Of a DNA stretch of 64,000 nt, positions 9,443-18,947 are shown piece by piece. Both the position numbers and the translations under genes were made by a program. Below the pieces are notes generated by a model. It made no database searches and was not told where the DNA came from. It was given only the letters and a program-made list of their open reading frames with translations. Origin of the DNA: an uncultured delta proteobacterium (GTDB taxonomy: Bacteria > Desulfobacterota > Binatia > Binatales > Binataceae); NCBI GenBank assembly GCA_963711565.1, contig CAVQEQ010000003.1, positions 1,408,001-1,472,000 on the forward strand. Direction: 5' to 3'. Each line of letters starts with the position of its first letter. Position 1 is the stretch's first letter.

Positions 9443-11110
9443 ATGGCGAGCGCGGAAAGAACTACAGATAACGAGTGGCGACTCGACGACGAATCGAGCG
9501 AGCGCCGCGAGGACCAGCCGCCACTCGCGCCGACGCCCGCCGAGAACGCCGCCAAGCTGAGCCACGAACGGCTCACCCGACCTATTTACGTCGTCACGGC
9601 GGAGCATTTTGCGTGGTACCTGGTTGTAGCGTACGCGCTCATCACGCGCGCGGTGGCTCTGGGAGCACGTCCTCTGGATCCGGCGCAGGCCACAGACGCG
9701 CTCACGGCGTTGCTCATCGCGCAGCATGGCCGCCTCGCTTTCGCGTTGTCGGATGCGTCGTGGGTGACGATCGTTCAGGGCTGGATCTTTGCGGCGATGG
9801 GCGCGACTGATGCCGCCTCGCGCATTGTCGTGACGCTATGCGGCCTGCTGCTCATCGCGACCGGCTTTGCGCTGCGTCCGGTCCTCGGGCGCGCGGGAGC
9901 GCTGGCCTTTGCCGCATTGATCGCGATTTCGCCGAGCACGACTTATTTTTCGCGCGGTGGCTCGACCGTGATCGCGTCGCTAACGTTGATGATGATCGCG
10001 ATCACAATCGCGGAGAGCATGCGCCGGCGTCCTACCGTGCTCCGCGCCGTCGGGCTGGGCCTTGCGATCGCGCTGTGGCTCACGGCGGATCCGATCGGCT
10101 ACGTAACCGGCGCCGCGATGATCGTGTCGCTGATTCTGGTCGGTGCGGCCGACGCTGTGCGCCTGGACCATCGGCGTTTGCGCTTGCGCGTATGGTGGGA
10201 CCGTCGCCGCGCGCTGGTCATCGTTTGCGGGATCGTGGCGATCGGCTTGTGGTTCATCCTGACGACGGCTTTTTTTCACCGGCCTCTCCTGGCGTCCGTC
10301 GAATACTGCCTGCATAGCGCATTCGCCCCGCCATCGATCGCCTTCTACCACGCAATTCGGGGATTGATTCCGATTTTGGTTTTTTACGAATTCATCGTCG
10401 TGGCTCTGGCAATCGTCGGCGCCATCGCGATCGTCTCGCGACGTATCGGCGATCGCTTTGCGGCCTGGTCAGTGGTGTGGAGAATCGTGAGCGTCGCGAC
10501 AATTGCGGCGGTGAGCGCGAATCGAACTGACGCGGTCGTCGCGATCGTTCTGCCGCTGGCGCTGGTCGGCGCTTACGCGGTGGATTGGATGCATCGGTTG
10601 GAGCAATGGAACTCGATTCGTTATGCGATTGCTGCGGCGGTCGCACTCACCATCTACGTTCAGCTCACCGTCAATTTCGTTCATCCGGCGCCGGACACGA
10701 GCGAAGCGTCGTGGCGCCGGCACGCGCTGTTGTTCTGGTCGGATCCGACCACTTCGATCCGGACGGTGGAGGAATGCGAGCGTGCGCGGAATGCGGTATC
10801 GACGGCCGGAGCGAGCGCGATGATTCCCGACGATGCGCCGCAGGTGCAATGGTATCTGCGCGATTTCACACAGACAGATTCGCCGGCGGACGCGAACATC
10901 GTAGTGACACTCGGCAAGACGGAAAGCGGCGCGGTCGCGGGCAACCCGGACGTCCCGCAGTTTGGATTCGAAGAATGGTGGACGCCCGATTTCCACAAGC
11001 TGACGATAGCCGACGCCGTCACATATTTTTTCACCCAACGCGCGTGGAGCGATGTCGAGATTCGGAATCTCGAAATCGAAGTGACGAAATCCGGCAACCC
11101 TAACCCCTGA
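9443..11110 (+). CDS. Multi-pass membrane protein, GT-C/PMT (TIGR03663-like) family
   Basis: Many TM helices; LGARPLD, AISPSTTYFSR, WYLRDF, C-terminal soluble domain. Confidence 0.6.
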   Translation: MASAERTTDNEWRLDDESSERREDQPPLAPTPAENAAKLSHERLTRPIYVVTAEHFAWYLVVAYALITRAVALGARPLDPAQATDALTALLIAQHGRLAFALSDASWVTIVQGWIFAAMGATDAASRIVVTLCGLLLIATGFALRPVLGRAGALAFAALIAISPSTTYFSRGGSTVIASLTLMMIAITIAESMRRRPTVLRAVGLGLAIALWLTADPIGYVTGAAMIVSLILVGAADAVRLDHRRLRLRVWWDRRRALVIVCGIVAIGLWFILTTAFFHRPLLASVEYCLHSAFAPPSIAFYHAIRGLIPILVFYEFIVVALAIVGAIAIVSRRIGDRFAAWSVVWRIVSVATIAAVSANRTDAVVAIVLPLALVGAYAVDWMHRLEQWNSIRYAIAAAVALTIYVQLTVNFVHPAPDTSEASWRRHALLFWSDPTTSIRTVEECERARNAVSTAGASAMIPDDAPQVQWYLRDFTQTDSPADANIVVTLGKTESGAVAGNPDVPQFGFEEWWTPDFHKLTIADAVTYFFTQRAWSDVEIRNLEIEVTKSGNPNP

Positions 11111-11238
11111 CCCATGCGAAGGGCTAGGTTGCCTGCCGAGGGTGGCTTTGCGATAAACTGCACAGACCGCGCATCGCGCCTACGTGTTGTCCCGCGCCCG
11201 CGCGTACTCTGACCCTGTTTCCATTCTAAGGAGCATCG

Positions 11239-11928
11239 ATGGACGCTGCCCTGAAATTCCTGGAACCCTACCAACTGCATCCTGTCGTAGATCATTTCTC
11301 GATGGCGCTGCTGATTGTCGCCGTGCTGATCGATCTCGTCGCCAGCGCGGCACCGAATCGTACCTGGCTTCGCTACACCGCCTTGTTGCTGATGATCCTC
11401 GGTGCGATCGCTGCAGGAGCTTCGTATTTCACGGGCGATATGGAAGCCGACCGCATCTGGGACGCGCTGGGGCAACCGGCCAAAGATGTGCTCAGCAGGC
11501 ACGCGAAATTGGGCGAGTATCTCGCGATTATCTTCGGTGTACTCGCAGTGTGGCGAATTCTGATCCAGGCGTTCGGCTTCATGGCAGGATCGCGCGGGAT
11601 CTATCTCATCTTCGCTCTCGTGGCGATCGTGCTGCTCGGTTACCAGGGGCATCTCGGCGGCATACTCGTGTTCGATTACGGCGCCGGCACCGCGCTGATG
11701 GCGGCTGCTCCCGTTCCGTCGGAGGCCGCAAGCCCTCAAGCGGCGTCCACCGCGGCGGGACCGATCCCGACAGTGTCCGTGCCGACTCCCCAGCCCACGG
11801 CAAGCGCGCCGCCGCCTGTTCCCGCAGCGTCAGCTTCAACATCGATGGGGTCGCCAAAGCCCGTCAGCGCGCCGACGCCAGTCCCGAGTGTTCAGCCCTC
11901 GGCCGCGCCGAGTGGAGCGAGCATGTAA
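11239..11928 (+). CDS. DUF2231-family membrane protein with Pro/Ala-rich tail
   Basis: LHPVVDHFSMALL, FTG, H, GHLGGILVFDYGAG; AGGAG SD. Confidence 0.8.
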   Translation: MDAALKFLEPYQLHPVVDHFSMALLIVAVLIDLVASAAPNRTWLRYTALLLMILGAIAAGASYFTGDMEADRIWDALGQPAKDVLSRHAKLGEYLAIIFGVLAVWRILIQAFGFMAGSRGIYLIFALVAIVLLGYQGHLGGILVFDYGAGTALMAAAPVPSEAASPQAASTAAGPIPTVSVPTPQPTASAPPPVPAASASTSMGSPKPVSAPTPVPSVQPSAAPSGASM

Positions 11929-11995
11929 TCGCGGACCGGTTGAGGTATCCGCGTATCCCTCGCGGCTCAGTCTGAAGAGAGAGCAAGGAGTAGTT

Positions 11996-13162
11996 ATGAC
12001 CCAGCGTCTCGGTTTTGGCGTGTTCCTCGCGCCGCATCATCCTATCGGTGAGCATCCCACGCTCCAGCTTCAGCGCGATCTCGAACTGGCCAAGTGGCTC
12101 GACGAGCTGCAATACGACGAGTTCTGGGTGGGTGAGCATCACTCGGCGGGATGGGAAACGATTGCGTCGCCGGAAATGTTCCTGGTCGCCGCGGCGGAGC
12201 GCACCAAGCGAATCAGGCTCGGCACGGGCGTCGTGTCGATTCCGTACCATCACCCGTTCAACGTCGCCCAGCGCATCGTTATGCTCGATCATCTGAGCCA
12301 CGGCCGCGCGATGCTCGGGGTCGGCCCGGGCGCGCTGCCGTCGGACGCCGTGATGCTCGGGATCGATCCGATGACGCAGCGCGACCGAATGGACGAGGGC
12401 CTCGGCGTCATCCTGCGCCTGCTAAATACAGACGAGCCGTTCAGTTACACCGGCTCGTGGTTCGAGCTGCACAACGCCGCGCTGCAGATTCGTCCGCTGC
12501 AAGAAAAAATTCCGATCGCGGTCGCTTCGACGATTTCGCCGTCGGGGATGAAGACCGCGGGCAAATACGGCGCGGGCGTGCTGTCGGTCGCCTCATACTC
12601 CGAAGAAGGGCTGATGGCGCTGCCGACGCAGTGGAATTTCGGCGAGACGTTGGCGAAGGAATACGGCAACACGATCGATCGCGCGAACTGGCGAATCGTG
12701 ATGCCGTTTCATCTCGCGGAATCCAAAGAACAGGCGATGCGCGAAGTCGCGGCTGGACTCCAGAGATGGCAGAACGAGTACGTCGTCGGCATTCTCGGCA
12801 CGCCGAATCGCCCGACGTTTCCCGACGGCTACGAGGCCGCCAAGCGAATGAGCGAATATGGCGGCGCGATCTTCGGCACGCCGGAGGACGCGCTCGAACG
12901 CATCGCGCGCCTGCAGAAACTCTCGGGCGGCTTCGGCACAATCCTGAGCTTCGCCCATGACTGGGCGACGCGCCCGCAAATGATGCGCAGCTACGAACTC
13001 CTCGCGCGCTACGTGATGCCGCGATGCCAGGGGCTGATCAAGCCGATCGAAGCATCGGCCGCTCGCGTCAGCGCCAACAAAGCGGAGCTGATGGAAAAAG
13101 CGGGCGGCGCAATCCTGAAGGCAATCCGCGACTACAACGCGGTACACCCGAGACAGAAATAA
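11996..13162 (+). CDS. LLM class flavin-dependent monooxygenase (LimB-like)
   Basis: WVGEHHSAG, RIRLGTGVVSIPYHHP, LDHLSHGR, GVGPGALPSDA; AAGGAG SD before ATG 11996. Confidence 0.9.
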   Translation: MTQRLGFGVFLAPHHPIGEHPTLQLQRDLELAKWLDELQYDEFWVGEHHSAGWETIASPEMFLVAAAERTKRIRLGTGVVSIPYHHPFNVAQRIVMLDHLSHGRAMLGVGPGALPSDAVMLGIDPMTQRDRMDEGLGVILRLLNTDEPFSYTGSWFELHNAALQIRPLQEKIPIAVASTISPSGMKTAGKYGAGVLSVASYSEEGLMALPTQWNFGETLAKEYGNTIDRANWRIVMPFHLAESKEQAMREVAAGLQRWQNEYVVGILGTPNRPTFPDGYEAAKRMSEYGGAIFGTPEDALERIARLQKLSGGFGTILSFAHDWATRPQMMRSYELLARYVMPRCQGLIKPIEASAARVSANKAELMEKAGGAILKAIRDYNAVHPRQK

Positions 13163-13182
13163 AAGGCCGGCCTGGCTTTGTC

Positions 13183-14184
13183 TTAGCGCGACGGCGCCGC
13201 GGAATGCTGGAGCACGGGATCGCCCGACATCAACTGCTGCGCCTTGCGCAGCGCCGCTTCAGTCTCGCGCAACAAGTCGGCAAACACTTCGGCGGCGGGT
13301 TTGATCGCGTGAATCAGTCCCGCGCCCTGCCCGGTCGGCATGAACGTACGATTGGGATCTACGTCGTGGCCGCCGCGTCCGGTGTAGTTCATGACTCCGT
13401 TGCGGGACGAGACCTGCGCCTGCATCGGGAATGCCTGAATCTTCGACGGGTCCTTCTCCCACTCGAGCGCATACTCGGTGCGGATTACGCGACAGGTCTT
13501 GCCGGTGTAGGCGCGCGTGCGCAGGGTCGAATCCTCGTGCGCCTTTACGATCGCCTCGCGATAGCCTTGCGCCGCCTGCGCCTCGGGCGTTGCGATAAAG
13601 CGCGTGCCGATCACGACGCCCTGCGCGCCGACCGTCAGCGCCGCCGCTATCTGCCGTCCATCGGCAATTCCGCCCGCGGCGAGCACCGGCAACTTCACCG
13701 CGTCGATCATCTGCGGCACCAACGACAGCATTCCGATTTCGCCGGTGTGACCGCCCGCCTCGGTGCCTTGCGCGACGACCACGTCGGCGCCCGCATCCTG
13801 CGACTTGACGCCGTGATGCACCTTGCCGCACATCACGACGATCTTCATTCCGTTGTCGTGCATCACCTTGACGAATTCCTGCGGCACCGAGAGCCCGGCG
13901 ACGAAGACCTTGACCTTTTCTTCGATCATCACGGGCACGTGCGGGCGCATCATGTCGGGAATCGGCGCGAGCAGATCGACGGCGAACGGCTTGTCAGTCA
14001 GTTCGCGAGTCTTGCGGATTTCCGCGCGCAGATCGTCGGGGCTCAGCGACGCGGCGCCGATAACGCCAAGGCCGCCGGCGTTGGAAACCGCGGCGACCAG
14101 CTTGTGCATCGCGACGCCACCCATCCCGGCGAGCAGGATCGGATACTTGATTCCAAAGTAATCGCAAATCGGCGTATGCAGCAT
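13183..14184 (-). CDS. Nitronate monooxygenase / FabK-like flavin oxidoreductase
   Basis: AAVSNAGGLG, VAQGTEAGGHTG, AAGGIADGR, GTRF, GQGAGLI. Confidence 0.9.
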   Translation of the reverse strand: MLHTPICDYFGIKYPILLAGMGGVAMHKLVAAVSNAGGLGVIGAASLSPDDLRAEIRKTRELTDKPFAVDLLAPIPDMMRPHVPVMIEEKVKVFVAGLSVPQEFVKVMHDNGMKIVVMCGKVHHGVKSQDAGADVVVAQGTEAGGHTGEIGMLSLVPQMIDAVKLPVLAAGGIADGRQIAAALTVGAQGVVIGTRFIATPEAQAAQGYREAIVKAHEDSTLRTRAYTGKTCRVIRTEYALEWEKDPSKIQAFPMQAQVSSRNGVMNYTGRGGHDVDPNRTFMPTGQGAGLIHAIKPAAEVFADLLRETEAALRKAQQLMSGDPVLQHSAAPSR

Positions 14185-14317
14185 CGAGACGTTCTCCAAT
14201 AGTGAGCCGTCTGTGCGACTGGCTCCTCATGACTTCTTAGTTGGCGGGTGCGGAGCAATCAAGCGTGTCCGCGGCGCGATGCTGACCTGTCCCCTGAAAC
14301 TCGCCAGCGGTAGAGAC

Positions 14318-15415
14318 CTAAATATCCTCGGGGCCCGGGTAGTACTTCCCATCGCCGAGCGAATCGACCGCGGCCCAGAACTCAGGACCGCCCGGCTTCA
14401 TCGGATCCTCGAGCGCCCAGGCCTGCCGCTTGTAGTTCCAGCTCTCCGGCCTCAGCCGCTTGGCTTCCTCGAAATATTTCTGCGCCGCCTCCGCGTGTCC
14501 ATGCTCGAACAGAAACTCACCGAGCCTGAAATTCGCCGCCGCGCTGACCTGTGTGTCGTCCGGCGTATGCATTCGCCTGAGCACTTCCGCCTCGCCGAGC
14601 GCGTAACGGCTTTCCGATCCCTTCGCGACCCAATCGCGAAGCGCGTCGAGGTAAGCCTTACGCTTTGCCTGCAGCTCGTTCATCGCGTCGATCGGAATCG
14701 AGAAGTTGGTGCGATTCATCTTGCGGAATGCGTCAGTGACGCCGGCGGGTTCGCTCGGCCGTACGATCTTGCCGCGCTCATCGATCCAGACGGCGGTCGG
14801 CACGTTGACCATGTCGTAAAGCTCGGCGACGAGATGCCGCCGATCGATCAGGCACGGATAGGTGGGCTTGGCAGCCTTGATCCACGGCTCGGTCGCCGCA
14901 TTGCCGCCACTGTCGAATGCGATCGCGATCGGCACGAATCCTTTTGGCCCGAGTTCTTCGTAGAGGGCCTGCCAGACTGGCAGGTCAAAGCGGCATCCTC
15001 ACCACGACGCCCATGAAACGACGAAAACTTTCTTGCCGCGATAGTCGGACAGCGAATGCATCTTGCCGTCGAGATCGGGCAGGCTGAAATCCGGCGCGTC
15101 GAGCGAGGTCAGCATCCGCTTTCTCTCGGCCGCGGCCTCGCCGAAGCACCATGCGCCAAACTCCGCGTCCGTCACGACAGGTTGTCCGAGCAGACTAGCC
15201 AGCGCCGCGAGATTGTAACGCCCGCCCGCAACGAACTCGCTGATCCGCGCGTCAGGCACCGGCACGCACACGTCGCCCCTGCAGAATCCCTGCGGCTTGA
15301 ACTCCCACCCGCTGACCCGCTTCAGATCGTCGCCGTCAAACCACAACCCGCCGCCGGTCGATTCGGCATCGACGCCGCTCGTAACGCGCTCGCCGTATAT
15401 AATGTCGACTGCCAT
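14318..15415 (-). CDS. TlpA/ResA-like thioredoxin-fold selenoprotein (WAxxUGC motif; Sec UGA at 15001-14999), 365 aa
   Basis: ORFs 14999..15415 and 14318..14935 are in the same frame, separated by one TGA: APDFSLPDLDGK..SWASW*GCRFDLPVWQALYEEL. Confidence 0.88.
14968..14984 (-). promoter_or_regulatory. Candidate bacterial SECIS hairpin
   Basis: CCUGCCA-GUC-UGGCAGG starting 14 nt after the UGA; loop begins with GU. Confidence 0.6.
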
Positions 15416-15485
15416 CGCTATTCGCCTCGCGCAGAGATTTCACCACAAACCCACGACCTTCACCAAGCGGCTCTTTACCCTTCCC

Positions 15486-18400
15486 TTATATCCACAATAT
15501 CGCGCCGCTCGCGGGACGCCCCGTGCTCTCTCGGACCGCTCGCACATAGAACCTGATCTGCGCGCGATATTCGTCGAGTCGCGGCGCGACTTCTACATCG
15601 GTCTTGAAATCGACCACCGTCCAGACCACGCCATCGACGGTATTCTCCGCGAACGCGAGATCCGCGATTCCTTCGACCGCGGTGCCGTCTTCGAGCCGGA
15701 TCATCAGCGGACACTCACGCATCACGGTTTGCGCAGCCGTCGCGCGAAGCATCAGCGGAGATTTGAGCGCAGCTTTCACCGCGGTCACGGCGGCTGCGAT
15801 CTCGTCGTCGGGCGCGCCGATCATCTTGGCCGCGCTCGCCGCGATCTTGCCGAGCTCGCGCGCGTCCGCGTCGAACGGCGCTCGCAGCATCGTCAGATGC
15901 ACGAGCGTGCCGAAGCGTTTGCCATGCGGGCGGCCGCGATCGCGACGCGTCTCTTCAATCGCGATAGTCTCGGCGGATGCCGGTCCGTCCGCCGGCGCGG
16001 CGAGCGCGAGCTCGGTTGCAGTCGCGACGTTGATACGCGGAGTCGTTCCCGCCGCGAGCATCGCCGTCCGGCTCGCGCTCCACGCTGCGTGCATTTTTTC
16101 GCCGCGGTCCGACACGAGTTTGTTCTCGTCGGCTTGCAGCAGCTTGTCCTGCCGCAGCCCCATCTTCTCCTCGACGTTGAGAATCAGCAGCCGCGGATCC
16201 CACCAGACCACTTGATGCGCCCCCTGTTGCACGCGATGTAGTCCCGGCGCCACCGATTTCACTTTGCCCGGCGCTTTTGGTGGACGCGTCAGCACGCTAT
16301 CGTCGCCGAATTCGGGGCATCCGGCAGGATGCGCCGACAACGGGGCGCGCCGTTCCGTATTCGCCGGATAGACGACGGGATTCAGCCGCGCGAGCCAGCC
16401 GTCGCTCTCCTCGTCGCCAACCGCCGGCACCACGAGCAGATCGCGCGCGCGGGTGGCAGCCACGTAGAGCAGGCGAATCGATTCTTCAACGTCGCGGTCA
16501 TGCTCTTTCGCCGCATGCTCCTGCAGTTCGCGCGGCGCGCATCCGGCAAGTTCCATCGCGGCCAGCTTCGACGACGGCTCGATATACCGCGACGCGTCGG
16601 CGCGAGTCTCGTTGCAGGTGATATCGGCGAGAATCACGACGGGAAACTCGAGACCCTTCGCGCGATGCACCGTCATTATCCGCACGCCCTCGGTCCCTTC
16701 CTCGACGATCGGCGTCTCGCTCGCCTCGTCGCGTTCAGCGCGCGCTTCGAGCTCATCGACGAACGCCCGAAACGACGTCGTGCCGCCGCGCGCTTCGTAA
16801 CGCCGCGCCTGGTCCATGATTCGCATGATATTCGCGAGCGCCTGTTCGCCGGTCGGCCAGATCGCGAACCCGGCATGCGCACGCGTCGTCGCCAGCAGCA
16901 TCGCGATCGTCTCCGCGATCGGCCGTCGATTCCGTCCGCGATGCAGATTCTTGATCACGTCGAGCGCGCCCTTCACTTCCTTCAGGCTGTCGGGAAGATC
17001 GTCGGGCAGCTTGCGAAACGGATGCAGGCTGCCGATGGTCATTCGGAATTCGAGCAGCGCCGCATCCGACAGCGCGAACACGGGACCGCGCAGCGCTGCG
17101 AACACCATCAACTCGTCGTCGGGCCGCTCGATCGCTCCCAGCAGATTGCGGATCGCGATCACCTCTTCGCGCTCGTTGAACGATCCGCCCTTGACCAGCA
17201 CGTGCGGCAGATGCCGCGCCTCGAGCGCGCGCAGATACGGCCGCGTCACGTCGCGCCCGAACGAATTCATGCGGCGAAACAGGATGCAGATATGGCGCGG
17301 GCGAATCGGCACCCGCACATCGGGCGCCTCGCGATCGGTCACCGTCCATCCGCTCTCATGCACCAGCCATCGCGCGTACGCGGCGATCGCCTCCGGAATC
17401 GACTCGTCGATTTTCCAGTTCACGACGCGGCCGAAATCGCCGTACGGCTCCGGCACCGGCAGCACGACGATCGACGGCTGGGTGGCGGGCTCGGCGCGAT
17501 ACCGCATCAAAGGCGCGTAGGCCGGCTGCGTGCCCGACTCCTCGCTCATCAACGGCGCGAACGCAGCGTTGACCATCGTTTGAATCGCGGGCGTCGCGCG
17601 AAAGCTGACTGTCAGATGCTCGAGTTGCGCACCATGCATCAGCAGCAGTTGTTTGACGCCCTGATAGAGCGAAACGTCGGCGCGGCGAAAACGGTAAATC
17701 GATTGTTTCGGATCGCCGACGATAAATAATTTCCCGGCGATCGGCTTGACCTTCAGCCAGTTGGTCTCGGCGGGATCGGCCGACGACAACAGCAGAATGA
17801 TTTCCGCCTGTAGCGGGTCGGTATCCTGGAATTCATCGACGAAAATATACGTGAAGCGATTCTGCAGCTCGGCGCGTACCGCGGCGTTGTCGCGAACGAG
17901 ATTGCGCGCGACGAGCAGCAAGTCGAGGAAATCGAGGCGTCCAGCGCGCCGCTTCAGGTCTTCGTAGATACCGACGATCGGCCACAATTCGTCGCGCAGC
18001 AGAGGCGCGAGATTCGCGCCCGCGTCGTCGCGAAACTTTTCCAACCGCGCGCGCAGCTCGGCGCGACGCCGAAACACTTCTTCGCGCTCGACCGCGCCGA
18101 AGCCGCCGCCGTATCCCTTCCAATCCCAGCGGCGCCCCGTGCAGAGAGCGATCAGCACAGATTCGAGCGCGTCGTAATCGCGCCCGCGCACCGCCTCGAG
18201 CCGGGTCGCCTCCGCCACGGGCCGCGCGATCGCGTCGAGGCCCTTCGCCAGCCAGTCGTCGTCCTCGCCAAGTTCGGAAAGTTTGCCGAGCGCTTCGACC
18301 TCCGCGATTATCGCGTCGATCTCGGCGTCGCGCGCGAAGGGCGAATGTACCCACGGCGAATCGAAGTCGCGCCAGTTCATCAGCTCGAGCGCCGCGCGGC

Positions 18401-18947
18401 GCGCGATCGCACGCGGCCCCGTTCGCGCCGACAGATCGCGCCGGCGCAGCAGCCGCCGCATCCCCTCGCCCGGATTGTCCAGGATTTTTTCAAACCATCG
18501 CTCGAAGGCGGCGTCGAACATCTCACCCGCAACGTCCTCGGGCGCGACTTCGAACATCGGATCGACCTGCGCTTCCACCGGCCGCTCGCGCAGCAGGTCG
18601 GCGCAGAACGAATGAATCGTGCCGATGCGCGCTTCTTCCAGTTGCTTGAGCGCGAGGTCGAAGCGCGCGCGCGCTTCGCTCGCAGGCTCAGTGCCTTGCC
18701 GCGCGCGTTCGATTTCCGCGCGCAGCCGCAGTTTCAGCTCGCCGGCAGCCTTTTCGGTGAACGTCACCGCGACGATCCGCGCCAGTTCGCCCCGACCCGA
18801 CCCGATAACTGATACGATTCGATTCACCAGCGCCGTGGTCTTGCCGGTGCCGGCCGCCGCCTCGATCACGAGCGTGACATCGAGGTCGTCGCGAATACGA
18901 TCGCGCACCGCCTGATCGGAGATGATTGCCGGGTTCGCGAGCGTCAT
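15486..18947 (-). CDS. addA: AddA-like UvrD helicase / PD-(D/E)XK nuclease
   Basis: EAAAGTGKT, TFTEKAAGEL, VDEFQDT, VGDPKQSIYRFR, MTVHRAKGLEFP, YVAATRAR, C-terminal GIADL..VDFKT; ATGA overlap with addB. Confidence 0.88.
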   Translation of the reverse strand: MTLANPAIISDQAVRDRIRDDLDVTLVIEAAAGTGKTTALVNRIVSVIGSGRGELARIVAVTFTEKAAGELKLRLRAEIERARQGTEPASEARARFDLALKQLEEARIGTIHSFCADLLRERPVEAQVDPMFEVAPEDVAGEMFDAAFERWFEKILDNPGEGMRRLLRRRDLSARTGPRAIARRAALELMNWRDFDSPWVHSPFARDAEIDAIIAEVEALGKLSELGEDDDWLAKGLDAIARPVAEATRLEAVRGRDYDALESVLIALCTGRRWDWKGYGGGFGAVEREEVFRRRAELRARLEKFRDDAGANLAPLLRDELWPIVGIYEDLKRRAGRLDFLDLLLVARNLVRDNAAVRAELQNRFTYIFVDEFQDTDPLQAEIILLLSSADPAETNWLKVKPIAGKLFIVGDPKQSIYRFRRADVSLYQGVKQLLLMHGAQLEHLTVSFRATPAIQTMVNAAFAPLMSEESGTQPAYAPLMRYRAEPATQPSIVVLPVPEPYGDFGRVVNWKIDESIPEAIAAYARWLVHESGWTVTDREAPDVRVPIRPRHICILFRRMNSFGRDVTRPYLRALEARHLPHVLVKGGSFNEREEVIAIRNLLGAIERPDDELMVFAALRGPVFALSDAALLEFRMTIGSLHPFRKLPDDLPDSLKEVKGALDVIKNLHRGRNRRPIAETIAMLLATTRAHAGFAIWPTGEQALANIMRIMDQARRYEARGGTTSFRAFVDELEARAERDEASETPIVEEGTEGVRIMTVHRAKGLEFPVVILADITCNETRADASRYIEPSSKLAAMELAGCAPRELQEHAAKEHDRDVEESIRLLYVAATRARDLLVVPAVGDEESDGWLARLNPVVYPANTERRAPLSAHPAGCPEFGDDSVLTRPPKAPGKVKSVAPGLHRVQQGAHQVVWWDPRLLILNVEEKMGLRQDKLLQADENKLVSDRGEKMHAAWSASRTAMLAAGTTPRINVATATELALAAPADGPASAETIAIEETRRDRGRPHGKRFGTLVHLTMLRAPFDADARELGKIAASAAKMIGAPDDEIAAAVTAVKAALKSPLMLRATAAQTVMRECPLMIRLEDGTAVEGIADLAFAENTVDGVVWTVVDFKTDVEVAPRLDEYRAQIRFYVRAVRESTGRPASGAILWI

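Noticed and set aside
14999-15415. Separate 138-aa gene or nonsense pseudogene
   Set aside because: The stop is an in-frame TGA at the redox-Cys position with a downstream hairpin and selB nearby, so Sec recoding explains it better.
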